Shown here piece by piece: positions 53,891 to 63,460 of a stretch of 64,000 nt of DNA (the stretch's first letter is position 1; each line of letters starts with the position of its first letter). Source of the stretch: Escherichia phage anhysbys; sequence record NC_052656.1; one strand, 5' to 3'. The translations under genes were made by a program, and so were the position numbers. The notes beneath the pieces are model-generated. The model searched no databases. It was not told where the DNA came from and saw only the letters and a program-made list of their open reading frames with translations.

Positions 53891-54923
53891 GCCCGAACAA
53901 TGTTGATAGCTTTCGCCTATGAAAAACCGACACAGAACAAAATTGAATAAATCGCGGTATCGAGCTAATCAACCATTAAACGAATAACCATACCTCCCAG
54001 GGTAACAGGCTGTTAGAGAGCCATTTATAGCGGTTAAAATCGATCAACAACCAACAACAAACCATCAAAAACACCCTTTTACCTCCTTTCTAGTGCAATG
54101 ATAACCATTATCATCTACCCATGATTATCTATGCAATATAAGCGCATAATTATAATGTTGATAATAGTTCGCAACAACTAACCAACAAACAACATAAAAC
54201 AAGAAGCAAACTAATCATAATCAAAGGAATAATAGCAAGATGATTGATAACGACAAACAATCAAACCATGATGAATACTAAGCAAGATAACGATAACACG
54301 ACAAAACAACCAACTAACGAACAATAACAAACGAAACCATTAAAATAATAACTATTGCCATAATAGTGACTGAATGAAATCATTACAAAACGAATCATTC
54401 CCAGGATCATCATTAGCACGCTATGCCGGACACATAGCGAGCTAATAATAAGCCAACTACACCCCAACAATCATAACCATCGGTGATGGTTATTTCTTGT
54501 TACTGCGTAGCTTGCAATAATTGCAAGCGTAATTACGCTTACACTTATTGCGCTGGCTTATTATTAGCATTATATGTAATTACCAAGATCATAACATTAA
54601 CGCAATAACAATAATCATTGTAATGGTTACAATATGAAATCATTGGCAAGATGAATAATTGCACGTAGCAACATGAGCGAATAGCGACAGGTTGCATAGT
54701 GTGCACATAATAGAATAAAAGTCAATAATTTTGGGGGCGAAATGTTACCGCCACAGGCGGGAATGTTGAGCACTAAGAAAAGAGATAAACCTTAATCATG
54801 GGGGCGTAAATATCCGCAGGATTGCCAACGGCGATCCGGTAGGATGTTGAGCATCTTCTCTTAAACGTAAATAAAATCAGAAAATTCTTGATTTATTTTA
54901 GTTTTTATGTTAATAAACGTTTA

Positions 54924-54943
54924 AATAATAATCATTCTCATAT
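54924..54943. promoter_or_regulatory. Fur-box-like palindrome
   Basis: aataataatcattctcatat. Confidence 0.35.
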
Positions 54944-55101
54944 GAATAATAGTCTGCTTGTCATGAGCGGGATTAGTTGACATTGTTCCGTCATATGATG
55001 AGGTTGCCAACCTATTGATAAATAAGTGTTTGTGTGATTTATAATCAAGTGGCCCACCTTGTCGCTATGTTGGCATGAGCCTTGCATAAGTCATTGAATA
55101 C

Positions 55102-55122
55102 GAATGATAATTATTCTCATTC
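55102..55122. promoter_or_regulatory. Fur-box-like near-perfect palindrome
   Basis: gaatgataattattctcattc. Confidence 0.4.
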
Positions 55123-55462
55123 GCATGATATTTGGGAATTGTCGCTGCGTGGACCTGACGGCCCGAAAATTCGCGTTAAGCACTTCTTACGTATGCGCCA
55201 TGATTTTTGCCATATGATATTGATTCTATTAGATATTCTTGCCATGATTGCCATGAAACAGGGTGTCCCGAAATAATCTCTCCCCGTAGATATTTTGGGT
55301 TACTTTTTATACAAGAGTGGGGTGTCAAAAATAATCGATATATATGGGATAATTGATAGGAATCCCCTATGGTAATTCGATTGTAATTGCCGAAGATTGA
55401 TCGTATGATGTTGGTGATTGATGATTGCCATGAAAGATGGCTAACGATGAGAGGAGATTGTC

Positions 55463-55807
55463 ATGCAAGAGAGTAAAAATGTTCCGTTAAGTAGTTTACG
55501 TCTAATGAAGTTTTACAAAGCTTGGCTTGCTGGTGAGGTAGAAGGTCACACAACGAGTGGTTTGTGCATATGTTTGATTAAGTATGTGGAGGGAACATAT
55601 CCTGATGAACTGTTACCTCGTCTACAACAAGAGATGAAATCCCAGTTTATTGGTGCAGGACTAGATTACAATTTTCCGTTTAATGAAGGTGGTTATGAGG
55701 AATACACCTTCGAACATAAAAAACATATTTGCCATAAAAACAAACATCGTATACAATGGGTGTTAGATAGAATTCAGGATTATGAAGGAGAGAAAAATGA
55801 CAAATAA
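55463..55807 (+). CDS. Hypothetical protein, paralog family A member 1
   Basis: FYKAWL...TSGLCICL...QF..AGLDYNFPFNE...RIQWVLDRI. Confidence 0.5.
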   Translation: MQESKNVPLSSLRLMKFYKAWLAGEVEGHTTSGLCICLIKYVEGTYPDELLPRLQQEMKSQFIGAGLDYNFPFNEGGYEEYTFEHKKHICHKNKHRIQWVLDRIQDYEGEKNDK

Positions 55808-56165
55808 TATTCCGTTGAGCAGTGCAGCATTGCTTCGCTTCTACAAAGCATGGATTGCCAACTATCCTGCAATGAATCGCACAACGAGTGGCTTATGTGG
55901 TTGTCTGGTAGATTATGTAGATGATTTTGTTGGTGAGACAACTAGAGAAGAAGATAGAAGATGGCGGGATAGTTTGTTAGACCGTTTGAAATATGAAATG
56001 AGGAAACAATTTACATGTGCAGGGCTGGACTACAATCTTCCGTTCAATGCAGATTGCATGGATTACCTTTCAGAGTGTATAAACTTGGCGTGTCATACCA
56101 ACACGTTACGTCTTCAATGGGTGAAAGATCGCATTGAAGATGCAAATAATGCTTGCATTGAATAA
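55797..56165 (+). CDS. Hypothetical protein, paralog family A member 2
   Basis: FYKAWI...TSGLCGCL...QFTCAGLDYNLPFN...RLQWVKDRI. Confidence 0.5.
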   Translation: MTNNIPLSSAALLRFYKAWIANYPAMNRTTSGLCGCLVDYVDDFVGETTREEDRRWRDSLLDRLKYEMRKQFTCAGLDYNLPFNADCMDYLSECINLACHTNTLRLQWVKDRIEDANNACIE

Positions 56166-56223
56166 AAATGTCTGTATAGTGGTTTGCATACCGCGCATAA
56201 CAAATAGCCAATGAGGAGATGAA

Positions 56224-56445
56224 ATGAAGAATTTGAAAACTGTCACAATGTTCTTGACTGATCCTACACGTGTGCAAGCACTGGCTAAAGCCAGCCGTGT
56301 AGCTGTAGAATTCCAAAACTTTAAGCCGTCCGTTGTGACAGGCAGTGAAACGTGTGTTATCGATTTCATTAACGAATACTTCCGAGGGAATCCGGTTAGT
56401 CGTTACTTCATTAAAAACTTGAAGGATGTGGAGCAGGTACAATGA
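56224..56445 (+). CDS. Hypothetical small protein
   Basis: 73-aa ORF with RBS. Confidence 0.4.
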   Translation: MKNLKTVTMFLTDPTRVQALAKASRVAVEFQNFKPSVVTGSETCVIDFINEYFRGNPVSRYFIKNLKDVEQVQ

Positions 56446-56681
56446 TCCTTCCAGTAGATAATGAGATAGCTATGAATGTTCTGGATACAGAATACTTCTA
56501 CAATCACTACTCTGAGACAGAGTGGATGAACACGCAAACTCTAAAAGAGAAGACGCAAGCTTTGATTAAGTGTGATCGCTACTTGCAACGTGCCGAGGAA
56601 GATAATATAACATTAGCATCTCGCGCACGACGCGTTTCCATTTTCAATAAAATGTTAGCATTATGGGGAGGTAGAAAATGA
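56442..56681 (+). CDS. Hypothetical small protein
   Basis: 79-aa ORF. Confidence 0.4.
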   Translation: MILPVDNEIAMNVLDTEYFYNHYSETEWMNTQTLKEKTQALIKCDRYLQRAEEDNITLASRARRVSIFNKMLALWGGRK

Positions 56682-57139
56682 GACAATTCACTATACTGGC
56701 AGCTTATGTGCAATGTGTTCACGATTATGTTAGTGCTCATACAGGTGTGCTGGAAGTTACCAGTAAAATTGAAGGTAATATGGGTACTGTCTGTGTGCAA
56801 CATACTTTATCCAATGTGCCGTTTAAAGTGTTCACTGTTGTAGCTGCCGATTACAATCGCGTAGATGTGCGTTTCTTGGATCGTAATTTTCGTAACGCAC
56901 TAGATAATATCGAAGATTATCTTCCCGTGAAACCTTTGTCATTTCCACCGAGTCGTGCAAATAATGTAGTGACAAATCTTAATGAAAGAAATGTGGCTAT
57001 GCACAAAAAAGTCCGTCAATTGAAAATGCTGATGGAAATGCAAGAAGAGATTGAAAAAGAACTAAAAGAAGATTTTGGTATGCTTCCAAAAGACGCTTTG
57101 AAATGGTATGATGAACTAGGAGGAGAAAGCTATGAATAA
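56678..57139 (+). CDS. Hypothetical protein
   Basis: 153-aa ORF. Confidence 0.45.
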   Translation: MRQFTILAAYVQCVHDYVSAHTGVLEVTSKIEGNMGTVCVQHTLSNVPFKVFTVVAADYNRVDVRFLDRNFRNALDNIEDYLPVKPLSFPPSRANNVVTNLNERNVAMHKKVRQLKMLMEMQEEIEKELKEDFGMLPKDALKWYDELGGESYE

Positions 57140-57326
57140 AGGAACTACTGTATATTTAGTGACTAAGAATACCCCAGGTTGGAGCCAATGCAGCACTGTT
57201 CCTTACAAGATCTGTGCAACATTAGAACTAGCACAACGTGCAGAAGCAGAAGTTGATGCTATGCGATACAGCTACGGTGAAATCATTCCTTTTACTCTTG
57301 AACAAGAAGGAGCACATCATGTTTAA
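57132..57326 (+). CDS. Hypothetical small protein
   Basis: 64-aa ORF. Confidence 0.4.
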   Translation: MNKGTTVYLVTKNTPGWSQCSTVPYKICATLELAQRAEAEVDAMRYSYGEIIPFTLEQEGAHHV

Positions 57327-57774
57327 AGTAGGGTTTACTTATAAATTCAAAAGTGTTGTTGACCAAGGAGCTATGGCAACACAGGACAAAGCAAATATTG
57401 CTGTTTGCCAAGCAATTGGAAACGAAGTTTTCAAAGTTATGAATACAGATGATAAGTATGGTCATGTTCTTGAGTTTTATATCAATGGTACCCTCTATAC
57501 AGCAGGTGTTACCCCAGGGTTTAATTCGTATACTTATTTGATTGATAACGAAGAATTTAAATATTTTGAAGAAGTAAAGGAGGAAACAATGGGTAAAGCA
57601 GAACCACAATGGCATGTTGTGATCGTAGGATCAGAGTGTGTAGATGTTTGTTCTAGTTTTGAAAAAGCTTCTGAAGTCGCTACAAAAGCTAAGAAGGATT
57701 ATCCGTCGAAGACGGTTGAGATTTACGCTCGTGTTGCAGTAGCAAACGCCACAATCACTATTGATAAGGAGTAA
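57319..57774 (+). CDS. Hypothetical protein, paralog family B member 1
   Basis: Starts MFKVGFTYKF; C-terminal WHVVIVGSEC... Confidence 0.45.
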   Translation: MFKVGFTYKFKSVVDQGAMATQDKANIAVCQAIGNEVFKVMNTDDKYGHVLEFYINGTLYTAGVTPGFNSYTYLIDNEEFKYFEEVKEETMGKAEPQWHVVIVGSECVDVCSSFEKASEVATKAKKDYPSKTVEIYARVAVANATITIDKE

Positions 57775-57779
57775 AGCCA

Positions 57780-58235
57780 ATGTTCAAAGAAGGTCATGTC
57801 TACCGTTTCCAGGATGAAGATTATATGCGATTATATTCTACCTTTGATAACAGTATGGCTGCTATCATTGGAGAGAATTTTTTCGAGGTGTTGAGCACTG
57901 ATGCAAATGGTAATATCTTGTCAATTGTTGTGATAGGGAGAGACGGTATTATCACTGCTAGTGATGGGGATCGTTACATAATCAATTCTGCTCATATAGA
58001 TTATTTTGTTGACGGTGGTATTCGTGGTAGTCGTGGAAAACCCCAAGAAGAACCTGTTGATACAACAAAAGAAGAGTGGTATGTTGTAATGACTGATGAC
58101 ACCTGTATTTCTGGATTTGAAAGTTATGAAGAAGCTTTGAAAGAAGCAGCAGAGCATAAAATGGCTAATCCTACAGAAGAGGTTGAAGTTTATAAACGTT
58201 TGGTTGTTGCTACCATCGGCGTATCTTTTGTTTAA
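57780..58235 (+). CDS. Hypothetical protein, paralog family B member 2
   Basis: Starts MFKEGHVYRF; C-terminal WYVVMTDDTC... Confidence 0.45.
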   Translation: MFKEGHVYRFQDEDYMRLYSTFDNSMAAIIGENFFEVLSTDANGNILSIVVIGRDGIITASDGDRYIINSAHIDYFVDGGIRGSRGKPQEEPVDTTKEEWYVVMTDDTCISGFESYEEALKEAAEHKMANPTEEVEVYKRLVVATIGVSFV

Positions 58236-58247
58236 AAGGGGAATGTT

Positions 58248-58685
58248 ATGTTTAAAGTTAATGCTGTTTACTGTTTCAAAAGTAAAGCTGCCTGTGAAGC
58301 TTTCTCTATGATCTCTGATGAAAATTTCAAAATGGCAGCTTTGATTGAAGGGTCTTGTTTCCGCGTCGAAGATGTTAGTGAATCAGGTTCTGTTTGCTCA
58401 TTGACTTTATTGGACAGCGGGGATATTATTGAAGCTGGACAGTATCCGTTCAGAAGTTGGGAGATATTGTTAGCTCGCGGAGAGCGTAACTTTTTTATGT
58501 GCGTGTCTGCGGGGGAAGTTGTGAAAGAAACTAAGGATGTTTCTGTTTACAATTCTGAATTTATAAGTTATAGTGAGTATCAACATCTGGAAGGCATTGT
58601 TGGTCACTTGTTATCTCTGATTGACATTGAATGTGACTTGCCTGAATCATTGAAAGAAGAGTTGAAAGCATTAGATCTGCTGTAA
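58248..58685 (+). CDS. Hypothetical protein, paralog family B member 3
   Basis: Starts MFKVNAVYCF. Confidence 0.45.
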   Translation: MFKVNAVYCFKSKAACEAFSMISDENFKMAALIEGSCFRVEDVSESGSVCSLTLLDSGDIIEAGQYPFRSWEILLARGERNFFMCVSAGEVVKETKDVSVYNSEFISYSEYQHLEGIVGHLLSLIDIECDLPESLKEELKALDLL

Positions 58686-58712
58686 TGTTTGACACAACGA
58701 AAGGAGAATAAG

Positions 58713-59012
58713 ATGAATCTGACTGAACAGTTACGCCGTATTGCAAAAGAAGCTTCCTTCAACTTCCCTGTTGAAGAAGTGATCGAGACATGTTTTGCTG
58801 AAGCACGAGCGGGAAACTCTTCAAGAAATTTCACACCATCTGATTTTGGTTTGGATAATTCTCCTACTCATCCAGGGGAAATCTACAATCAGGTGAAGTG
58901 GATGGATGAAGCAGTAGCAATTCTTCGTGAGCGTGGGCTTATTGTTTATAAAGAAATGGATCTGAACGGGGCATACGAGTGGATCACTATTGATTGGTCC
59001 GAGGTGAAATGA
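58713..59012 (+). CDS. Hypothetical protein
   Basis: RBS aaaggagaataag ATG. Confidence 0.45.
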   Translation: MNLTEQLRRIAKEASFNFPVEEVIETCFAEARAGNSSRNFTPSDFGLDNSPTHPGEIYNQVKWMDEAVAILRERGLIVYKEMDLNGAYEWITIDWSEVK

Positions 59013-59245
59013 TGAAAGGTAACAAGATGAAAGTTAATCAAGTGCCGAGCGCATACACTTTGTGGCTTGCGCGAGCGTTACACCAGACGATCAAAAACCC
59101 TAAGAAGCCAATGAAGAGCGGGAAGAAGTTTATGTCTAAGGGCAAAACAACCTTTGGCTTCACTCGTATGTCTGTTAAGATGAAAAGACTGGGGTACAAG
59201 CCAAACTACGCTCGTTACCCTTCTGAATACAACTGGTTTGACTAA
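59009..59245 (+). CDS. Hypothetical basic small protein
   Basis: Lys-rich 78-aa ORF. Confidence 0.4.
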   Translation: MMKGNKMKVNQVPSAYTLWLARALHQTIKNPKKPMKSGKKFMSKGKTTFGFTRMSVKMKRLGYKPNYARYPSEYNWFD

Positions 59246-59257
59246 AAGGAGAAAGCA

Positions 59258-59731
59258 ATGGCAGGTTTGAAACTGGAGATGTTGACAAAGCAAGAATTTG
59301 TTCCCGAACACGGTGAAACTTACATTGCTTTCTTGATTAGTGATTTTTATGGGGATTTAGAGTATGTTGAACTGGAATGTGAGTTTCACTACCAAATGAT
59401 TGACGCAGAAACTGGTCATTGTCTGGGTACGTCTGCGGTGTATAATGGTGATAATGGCATTCCTTTTCATACCCCAATGAGGTACGAAGCGAAAAACCGA
59501 TTCAAACTTCTCACAGAAGAAGAAAAAGAGACATATAAATATCACGAAGAGGAGGATCAACGCTTCTGGTGGGAGAAAACTTGGTTCCTGTCTGATCGCC
59601 GTAATCTTCAGATTCACCCAGAAGAACTGGATGAAATGTCTATTGGCATTATGAAGAAGAAAGACTTCATGTTCCAGGTGAGAGAAGCTAATAAGCTCCG
59701 TATTGCAATTAAAGAGGAGAACAAAACATGA
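59258..59731 (+). CDS. Hypothetical protein
   Basis: 157-aa ORF with RBS aaaggagaaagca. Confidence 0.45.
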   Translation: MAGLKLEMLTKQEFVPEHGETYIAFLISDFYGDLEYVELECEFHYQMIDAETGHCLGTSAVYNGDNGIPFHTPMRYEAKNRFKLLTEEEKETYKYHEEEDQRFWWEKTWFLSDRRNLQIHPEELDEMSIGIMKKKDFMFQVREANKLRIAIKEENKT

Positions 59732-60012
59732 AAACATCTATTCGCGTAAAACATGATCCAAACAGCAGTTACCCATACGCGGATGTTGAACGTCATGAAG
59801 GAGACTATTACACCATAAAACGTAAAGTCCCAACTGATACAGGGTTTAACTTTGATGTTATTGCGCTGGATGATCAAGGTGTTGATAATCTGGTGAACGC
59901 ATTACTCGCATTGAAGGAAGTACGACATGAAAATCAGACTAAAGGTAAAGTGGCTTTCGATTCTTGTGATCGTTTAGCCGAAGAGATTGCCGAATGGCGT
60001 GACACTAACTAA
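59728..60012 (+). CDS. Hypothetical protein
   Basis: 94-aa ORF. Confidence 0.4.
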   Translation: MKTSIRVKHDPNSSYPYADVERHEGDYYTIKRKVPTDTGFNFDVIALDDQGVDNLVNALLALKEVRHENQTKGKVAFDSCDRLAEEIAEWRDTN

Positions 60013-60027
60013 AACAGGAGAAAGATT

Positions 60028-60204
60028 ATGGCTACTTTTCAACAACTGAAAGATGTTTCACGTTTAGTAAGAAAAATCCGAGAAGCAGACGCTGCTGTGC
60101 GGAATGCACTAACGCCAGCAGAGCGTGAAGATCTTGAAGAGGAGGTGAAAACAGCCGAGAATGCTTTTGCTGTGTATCTTGCAACACTGCATACAGGAGG
60201 TTAA
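60028..60204 (+). CDS. Hypothetical small protein (58 aa)
   Basis: RBS aaacaggagaaagatt ATG. Confidence 0.35.
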   Translation: MATFQQLKDVSRLVRKIREADAAVRNALTPAEREDLEEEVKTAENAFAVYLATLHTGG

Positions 60205-60519
60205 ATGTCAGAGGAACTTAAAGAATTTTATCAGGCATATCATAACTGGCTATTAGCTGGTGCTCCAGATAATAATCCTTTCTGGCATGATAAAGGATTA
60301 TGTAGTTGTCTCTACCTTTGGACTGGTGGTTACGATGATCTAAATTATGAAATGCAAATGCAATTTCGAGAAGCAGGGTTGTCTGAAGAATACCCGTTTG
60401 ATGACGGAGACTGGTTTAAATATGATTTTGCACAAAGAAACGGGCTATTGCATTTGAATGCTGCCCGTATAAAATGGGTAAAAGATCATGCTACACAGGA
60501 GGATGTGCAATGCCAATAG
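60205..60519 (+). CDS. Hypothetical protein, paralog family A member 3
   Basis: FYQAYHNWL...GLCSCL...QFREAGLSEEYPFDD...RIKWVKDH. Confidence 0.5.
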   Translation: MSEELKEFYQAYHNWLLAGAPDNNPFWHDKGLCSCLYLWTGGYDDLNYEMQMQFREAGLSEEYPFDDGDWFKYDFAQRNGLLHLNAARIKWVKDHATQEDVQCQ

Positions 60520-60710
60520 TGTTTAGTTTCTTGGTAATTGTTATGGTTGTTCTTTTCGCAGCATGGCTTTGGGATTTTGACCCAGGAGCAGCGCAGCAAA
60601 GAGCTACAGACTGGAAAGAACAATGTATTGTGCTCAAACATGAACGAAATGCGGAGAAATTTCTTGACCTGGAGTGTGATCGCCTTGTAAGATACAAGCA
60701 AGATAAATAA
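60510..60710 (+). CDS. Small membrane protein
   Basis: MPIVFSFLVIVMVVLFAAWLW. Confidence 0.4.
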   Translation: MPIVFSFLVIVMVVLFAAWLWDFDPGAAQQRATDWKEQCIVLKHERNAEKFLDLECDRLVRYKQDK

Positions 60711-60724
60711 CTTTGAGGTGCAAA

Positions 60725-60913
60725 ATGGTAATTGAGATTAAACTTGAATATGCTGGCGCTGTTGCTCTGATCGCACAAATGCTTGGAGCAAAGATTGAAG
60801 AAGTGTATATCAATGCCTGGAGCGTAGAGATTGATGTTCCTATGGACAACATTGCTAATCGCTTGCTGGTGGCAGAGTGTGAACGCACCAACATAATCTA
60901 CAAAGGAGCATAA
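60725..60913 (+). CDS. Hypothetical small protein
   Basis: RBS gaggtgcaaa ATG. Confidence 0.35.
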   Translation: MVIEIKLEYAGAVALIAQMLGAKIEEVYINAWSVEIDVPMDNIANRLLVAECERTNIIYKGA

Positions 60914-60914
60914 T

Positions 60915-61136
60915 ATGAAAATTAGAGTTTGTGATGTATTGGGTTATGTTGGTTTTGAGAATGTTCAGATTCCTTTTGTTGTTGAAGCACATCTTGTTAG
61001 CGATGACATGACAACATTCTTTGTTACGATAGAAGAAATGTCCAAAGTTGAGGGATGGGAGTGGTTTGAAGAAGATGTTTGGGAAGGTTGTGATTACGTA
61101 TTTTTCTCTGATGAAGTGAATGTTCTTTCGGAGTAG
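60915..61136 (+). CDS. Hypothetical small protein
   Basis: 73-aa ORF. Confidence 0.4.
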   Translation: MKIRVCDVLGYVGFENVQIPFVVEAHLVSDDMTTFFVTIEEMSKVEGWEWFEEDVWEGCDYVFFSDEVNVLSE

Positions 61137-61138
61137 GT

Positions 61139-61345
61139 ATGTCTTGTTTTACAAAAGCAGTATCCATATGTAAGAAACAGTATGAAAGTGACTACGGAAT
61201 ATTTAATATTCCAGTGGATCATACGGAGTATTGTTCATGTGGTGGCAGAATGAAGAAAACAGTGATTTATGCGGATAATGGAGATGAACTTGTTCCGGTT
61301 ATGGTTTGCAAAGCTTGTCATTCTGTTAAAACATTAAAAGCGTAA
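61139..61345 (+). CDS. Small zinc-ribbon protein
   Basis: C..C...H..CSCGG ... CKAC. Confidence 0.35.
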   Translation: MSCFTKAVSICKKQYESDYGIFNIPVDHTEYCSCGGRMKKTVIYADNGDELVPVMVCKACHSVKTLKA

Positions 61346-61440
61346 GGAGTCGGGACACCCGACGATTGGAGCTAAAAATTTTGCGTACAACCCTTTCCGC
61401 CCAACAGGGGCGCGTCGGGTAAATAAAGAGGAGAGTTTAT

Positions 61441-61839
61441 ATGAAAAAGATCATCGTAGGTTTATTGTTACTCATTGCGTCACTTGGAACAGCAAATGCG
61501 TCTCAAGTTTATGAGTGTGTGTCAGATGTGGTTGTTAAAAATCTGAAAGGTGAAGTGATTTCTGGTCCTAAGAAAATGGCTTCTGTTGTCATTAATAAAG
61601 ATAACTCCTTTATCCTTAAAAATTCAGGTGGTGCTTTGATGAGTGGCATTCTGCAATACACAGGAGAAAAAAGTAAAGATGGTAGTGCTATGTACGGTTC
61701 GCAACAGTTTATTGGCACTACTGAAGTTGTGATGATGCGCACAGAGTATCGAGACACTTTAGCTTGGTTTGCATTTCTAAAAAATGATAAAACAATAACG
61801 AATGTTCTTACTCTAGAAGCTGATTGTACGCAACGATAA
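61441..61839 (+). CDS. Secreted protein
   Basis: Signal peptide MKKIIVGLLLLIASLGTANA. Confidence 0.5.
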   Translation: MKKIIVGLLLLIASLGTANASQVYECVSDVVVKNLKGEVISGPKKMASVVINKDNSFILKNSGGALMSGILQYTGEKSKDGSAMYGSQQFIGTTEVVMMRTEYRDTLAWFAFLKNDKTITNVLTLEADCTQR

Positions 61840-61849
61840 GGGGGTATTT

Positions 61850-62296
61850 ATGACTAAAGTGCGACATTATGCTGTAAACTGCAATGATGTTTGGCGTTTG
61901 TGTCCTGATGATCCGACAGAAGGCACATTTGTAAAATATGAGGATTATAAAGAGTTATCGGATGCTGTGATCGCATTGTTAACTGATATCCGTTCACGTT
62001 ATCCAGGACAAGATTTCACTTGCCCTCACATCAAACTTCTTGCTTGTCTGGTAGAAGATGAGAAAGAAGTGGAAGATGGCTTCAAGCGTGTAGAGTATCA
62101 AGGTGAAACTTTAGATGTTCCTGAATTTGTTAATTATATTGCAACAGACTCGGATGGTGATCGTTATGGTTACAGCCATAAGCCAGAGATTCCTGATTGG
62201 ATTCCCGCTTGGCGTATTTCCGTTAGTACCGGAGACTATATCTTCCTTGGCGTAGGTAGTAGTAAGGATTGGCGTTTCTCTTTGACAGAGGTTTAA
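61850..62296 (+). CDS. Hypothetical protein
   Basis: 148-aa ORF. Confidence 0.45.
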   Translation: MTKVRHYAVNCNDVWRLCPDDPTEGTFVKYEDYKELSDAVIALLTDIRSRYPGQDFTCPHIKLLACLVEDEKEVEDGFKRVEYQGETLDVPEFVNYIATDSDGDRYGYSHKPEIPDWIPAWRISVSTGDYIFLGVGSSKDWRFSLTEV

Positions 62297-62300
62297 TAAT

Positions 62301-62564
62301 ATGAAAGAGACATTGCCAGCAGCATACCGTTTGAATGATGAGCGTATTTGGGAGTGGACCGACGTTTCTTGTTTTTACCCTGAGATAGTTCAATATTGGC
62401 GAGCGAAAGGGTGTGTTGTAGTTATCAACCCTTGTGGACCAGTAGATGAAGATTGCTTGTATCTCGATGGAAAGTGGCACAGTTATTGTCGCTGGCCTTT
62501 TGAGTGGATGTGTAAAGAAGATCTCCCAGAGGGTTGGGAGTATCCAAAAGCAAATAGGAGATAA
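62301..62564 (+). CDS. Hypothetical protein
   Basis: 87-aa ORF. Confidence 0.4.
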   Translation: MKETLPAAYRLNDERIWEWTDVSCFYPEIVQYWRAKGCVVVINPCGPVDEDCLYLDGKWHSYCRWPFEWMCKEDLPEGWEYPKANRR

Positions 62565-62565
62565 T

Positions 62566-62928
62566 ATGTCTAAAGATTTTGTTGAAGTATTTGTCAAAGA
62601 TGAAGAAACTGGTTTAGGCACGGGTTTCATTTGTGAAGAAACTTTTAAGCGTGAACAAGAAAAAGCCATTCTTATGCACCGCTATGATCATGCATTAGAA
62701 CAATGGAAAAATGCAGAACAAAAATGCAAAAACCTTTACGCAGAAAATAGAAAACTACAAGATCAAATGGAGTTGTTAGCTATCAGTTTACGATCTCTCA
62801 TTTTGGCTGTAGAAGATGGTTTTAAAAATCCAGATGGTTTTCCTGTGAGCGATATTGAACATGATTTGTATCTTGCTCGTGGTGCTTACTTTTATGTTAA
62901 ACAGAAGCCTGTAGAAGGAGAGAAATGA
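62566..62928 (+). CDS. Hypothetical protein
   Basis: RBS aataggagataat ATG. Confidence 0.4.
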   Translation: MSKDFVEVFVKDEETGLGTGFICEETFKREQEKAILMHRYDHALEQWKNAEQKCKNLYAENRKLQDQMELLAISLRSLILAVEDGFKNPDGFPVSDIEHDLYLARGAYFYVKQKPVEGEK

Positions 62929-63125
62929 TGGAAGAAAAACTGGAACGTATTATCGAGTTAGCCATGTCTATTGGCTACGACGATTGTTTTCTCCAAACTA
63001 TTGGAGAAACACAGAACGATTACGACTCTTGGGTGAAAGAGTTGGAAGAACTCAAAACTTCCTTGATTGCTGACTTTGCTTACGCAGAGAATAAAGCAGA
63101 TCGTTACAACTATCTGTGTCGATAA
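62925..63125 (+). CDS. Hypothetical small protein
   Basis: 66-aa ORF. Confidence 0.4.
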   Translation: MMEEKLERIIELAMSIGYDDCFLQTIGETQNDYDSWVKELEELKTSLIADFAYAENKADRYNYLCR

Positions 63126-63127
63126 GC

Positions 63128-63160
63128 CTTGACATTTATTTTATGTATGGTATACATACA
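63128..63160 (+). promoter_or_regulatory. Promoter-like TTGACA-17-ATACAT overlapping a palindrome
   Basis: atgtat-ggtatac-atacat. Confidence 0.35.
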
Positions 63161-63187
63161 TTATCAACGTGAGAAAGGTGGTGTAAT

Positions 63188-63460
63188 ATGAATAAAGATC
63201 GGTTTCTTTCTTTAGTCGCGGAAGCGCCTTTTGATGTTCTTGGGGTGAGATTATGGAAAGACAGAAACTATGGGTTAGATGTTCAAACATATTCTCTTTG
63301 GTTGGTTGGGGAGCACAGCTTAGATGAAAGCTTGTGCATGGGTAGGGATTCTCGTTCCCTTTGTTTAAAGTTTAGAAGCTTAGAACGCGCAAACAAAGAG
63401 CAAGAAAAACTAACGAGGTGGCTAAATGAAAACAAGCGCAGGGTTGATGGAGTTTTATAA
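63188..63460 (+). CDS. Hypothetical protein
   Basis: 90-aa ORF with RBS. Confidence 0.4.
   Translation: MNKDRFLSLVAEAPFDVLGVRLWKDRNYGLDVQTYSLWLVGEHSLDESLCMGRDSRSLCLKFRSLERANKEQEKLTRWLNENKRRVDGVL

Noticed and set aside
54261-54470. Minus-strand 69-aa ORF in the A+C-rich non-coding region
   Set aside because: Hydrophobic junk translation of the G+T-rich complement; no RBS.
56044-56442. Minus-strand 132-aa ORF
   Set aside because: Overlaps well-supported plus-strand genes in a uniformly plus-strand region.
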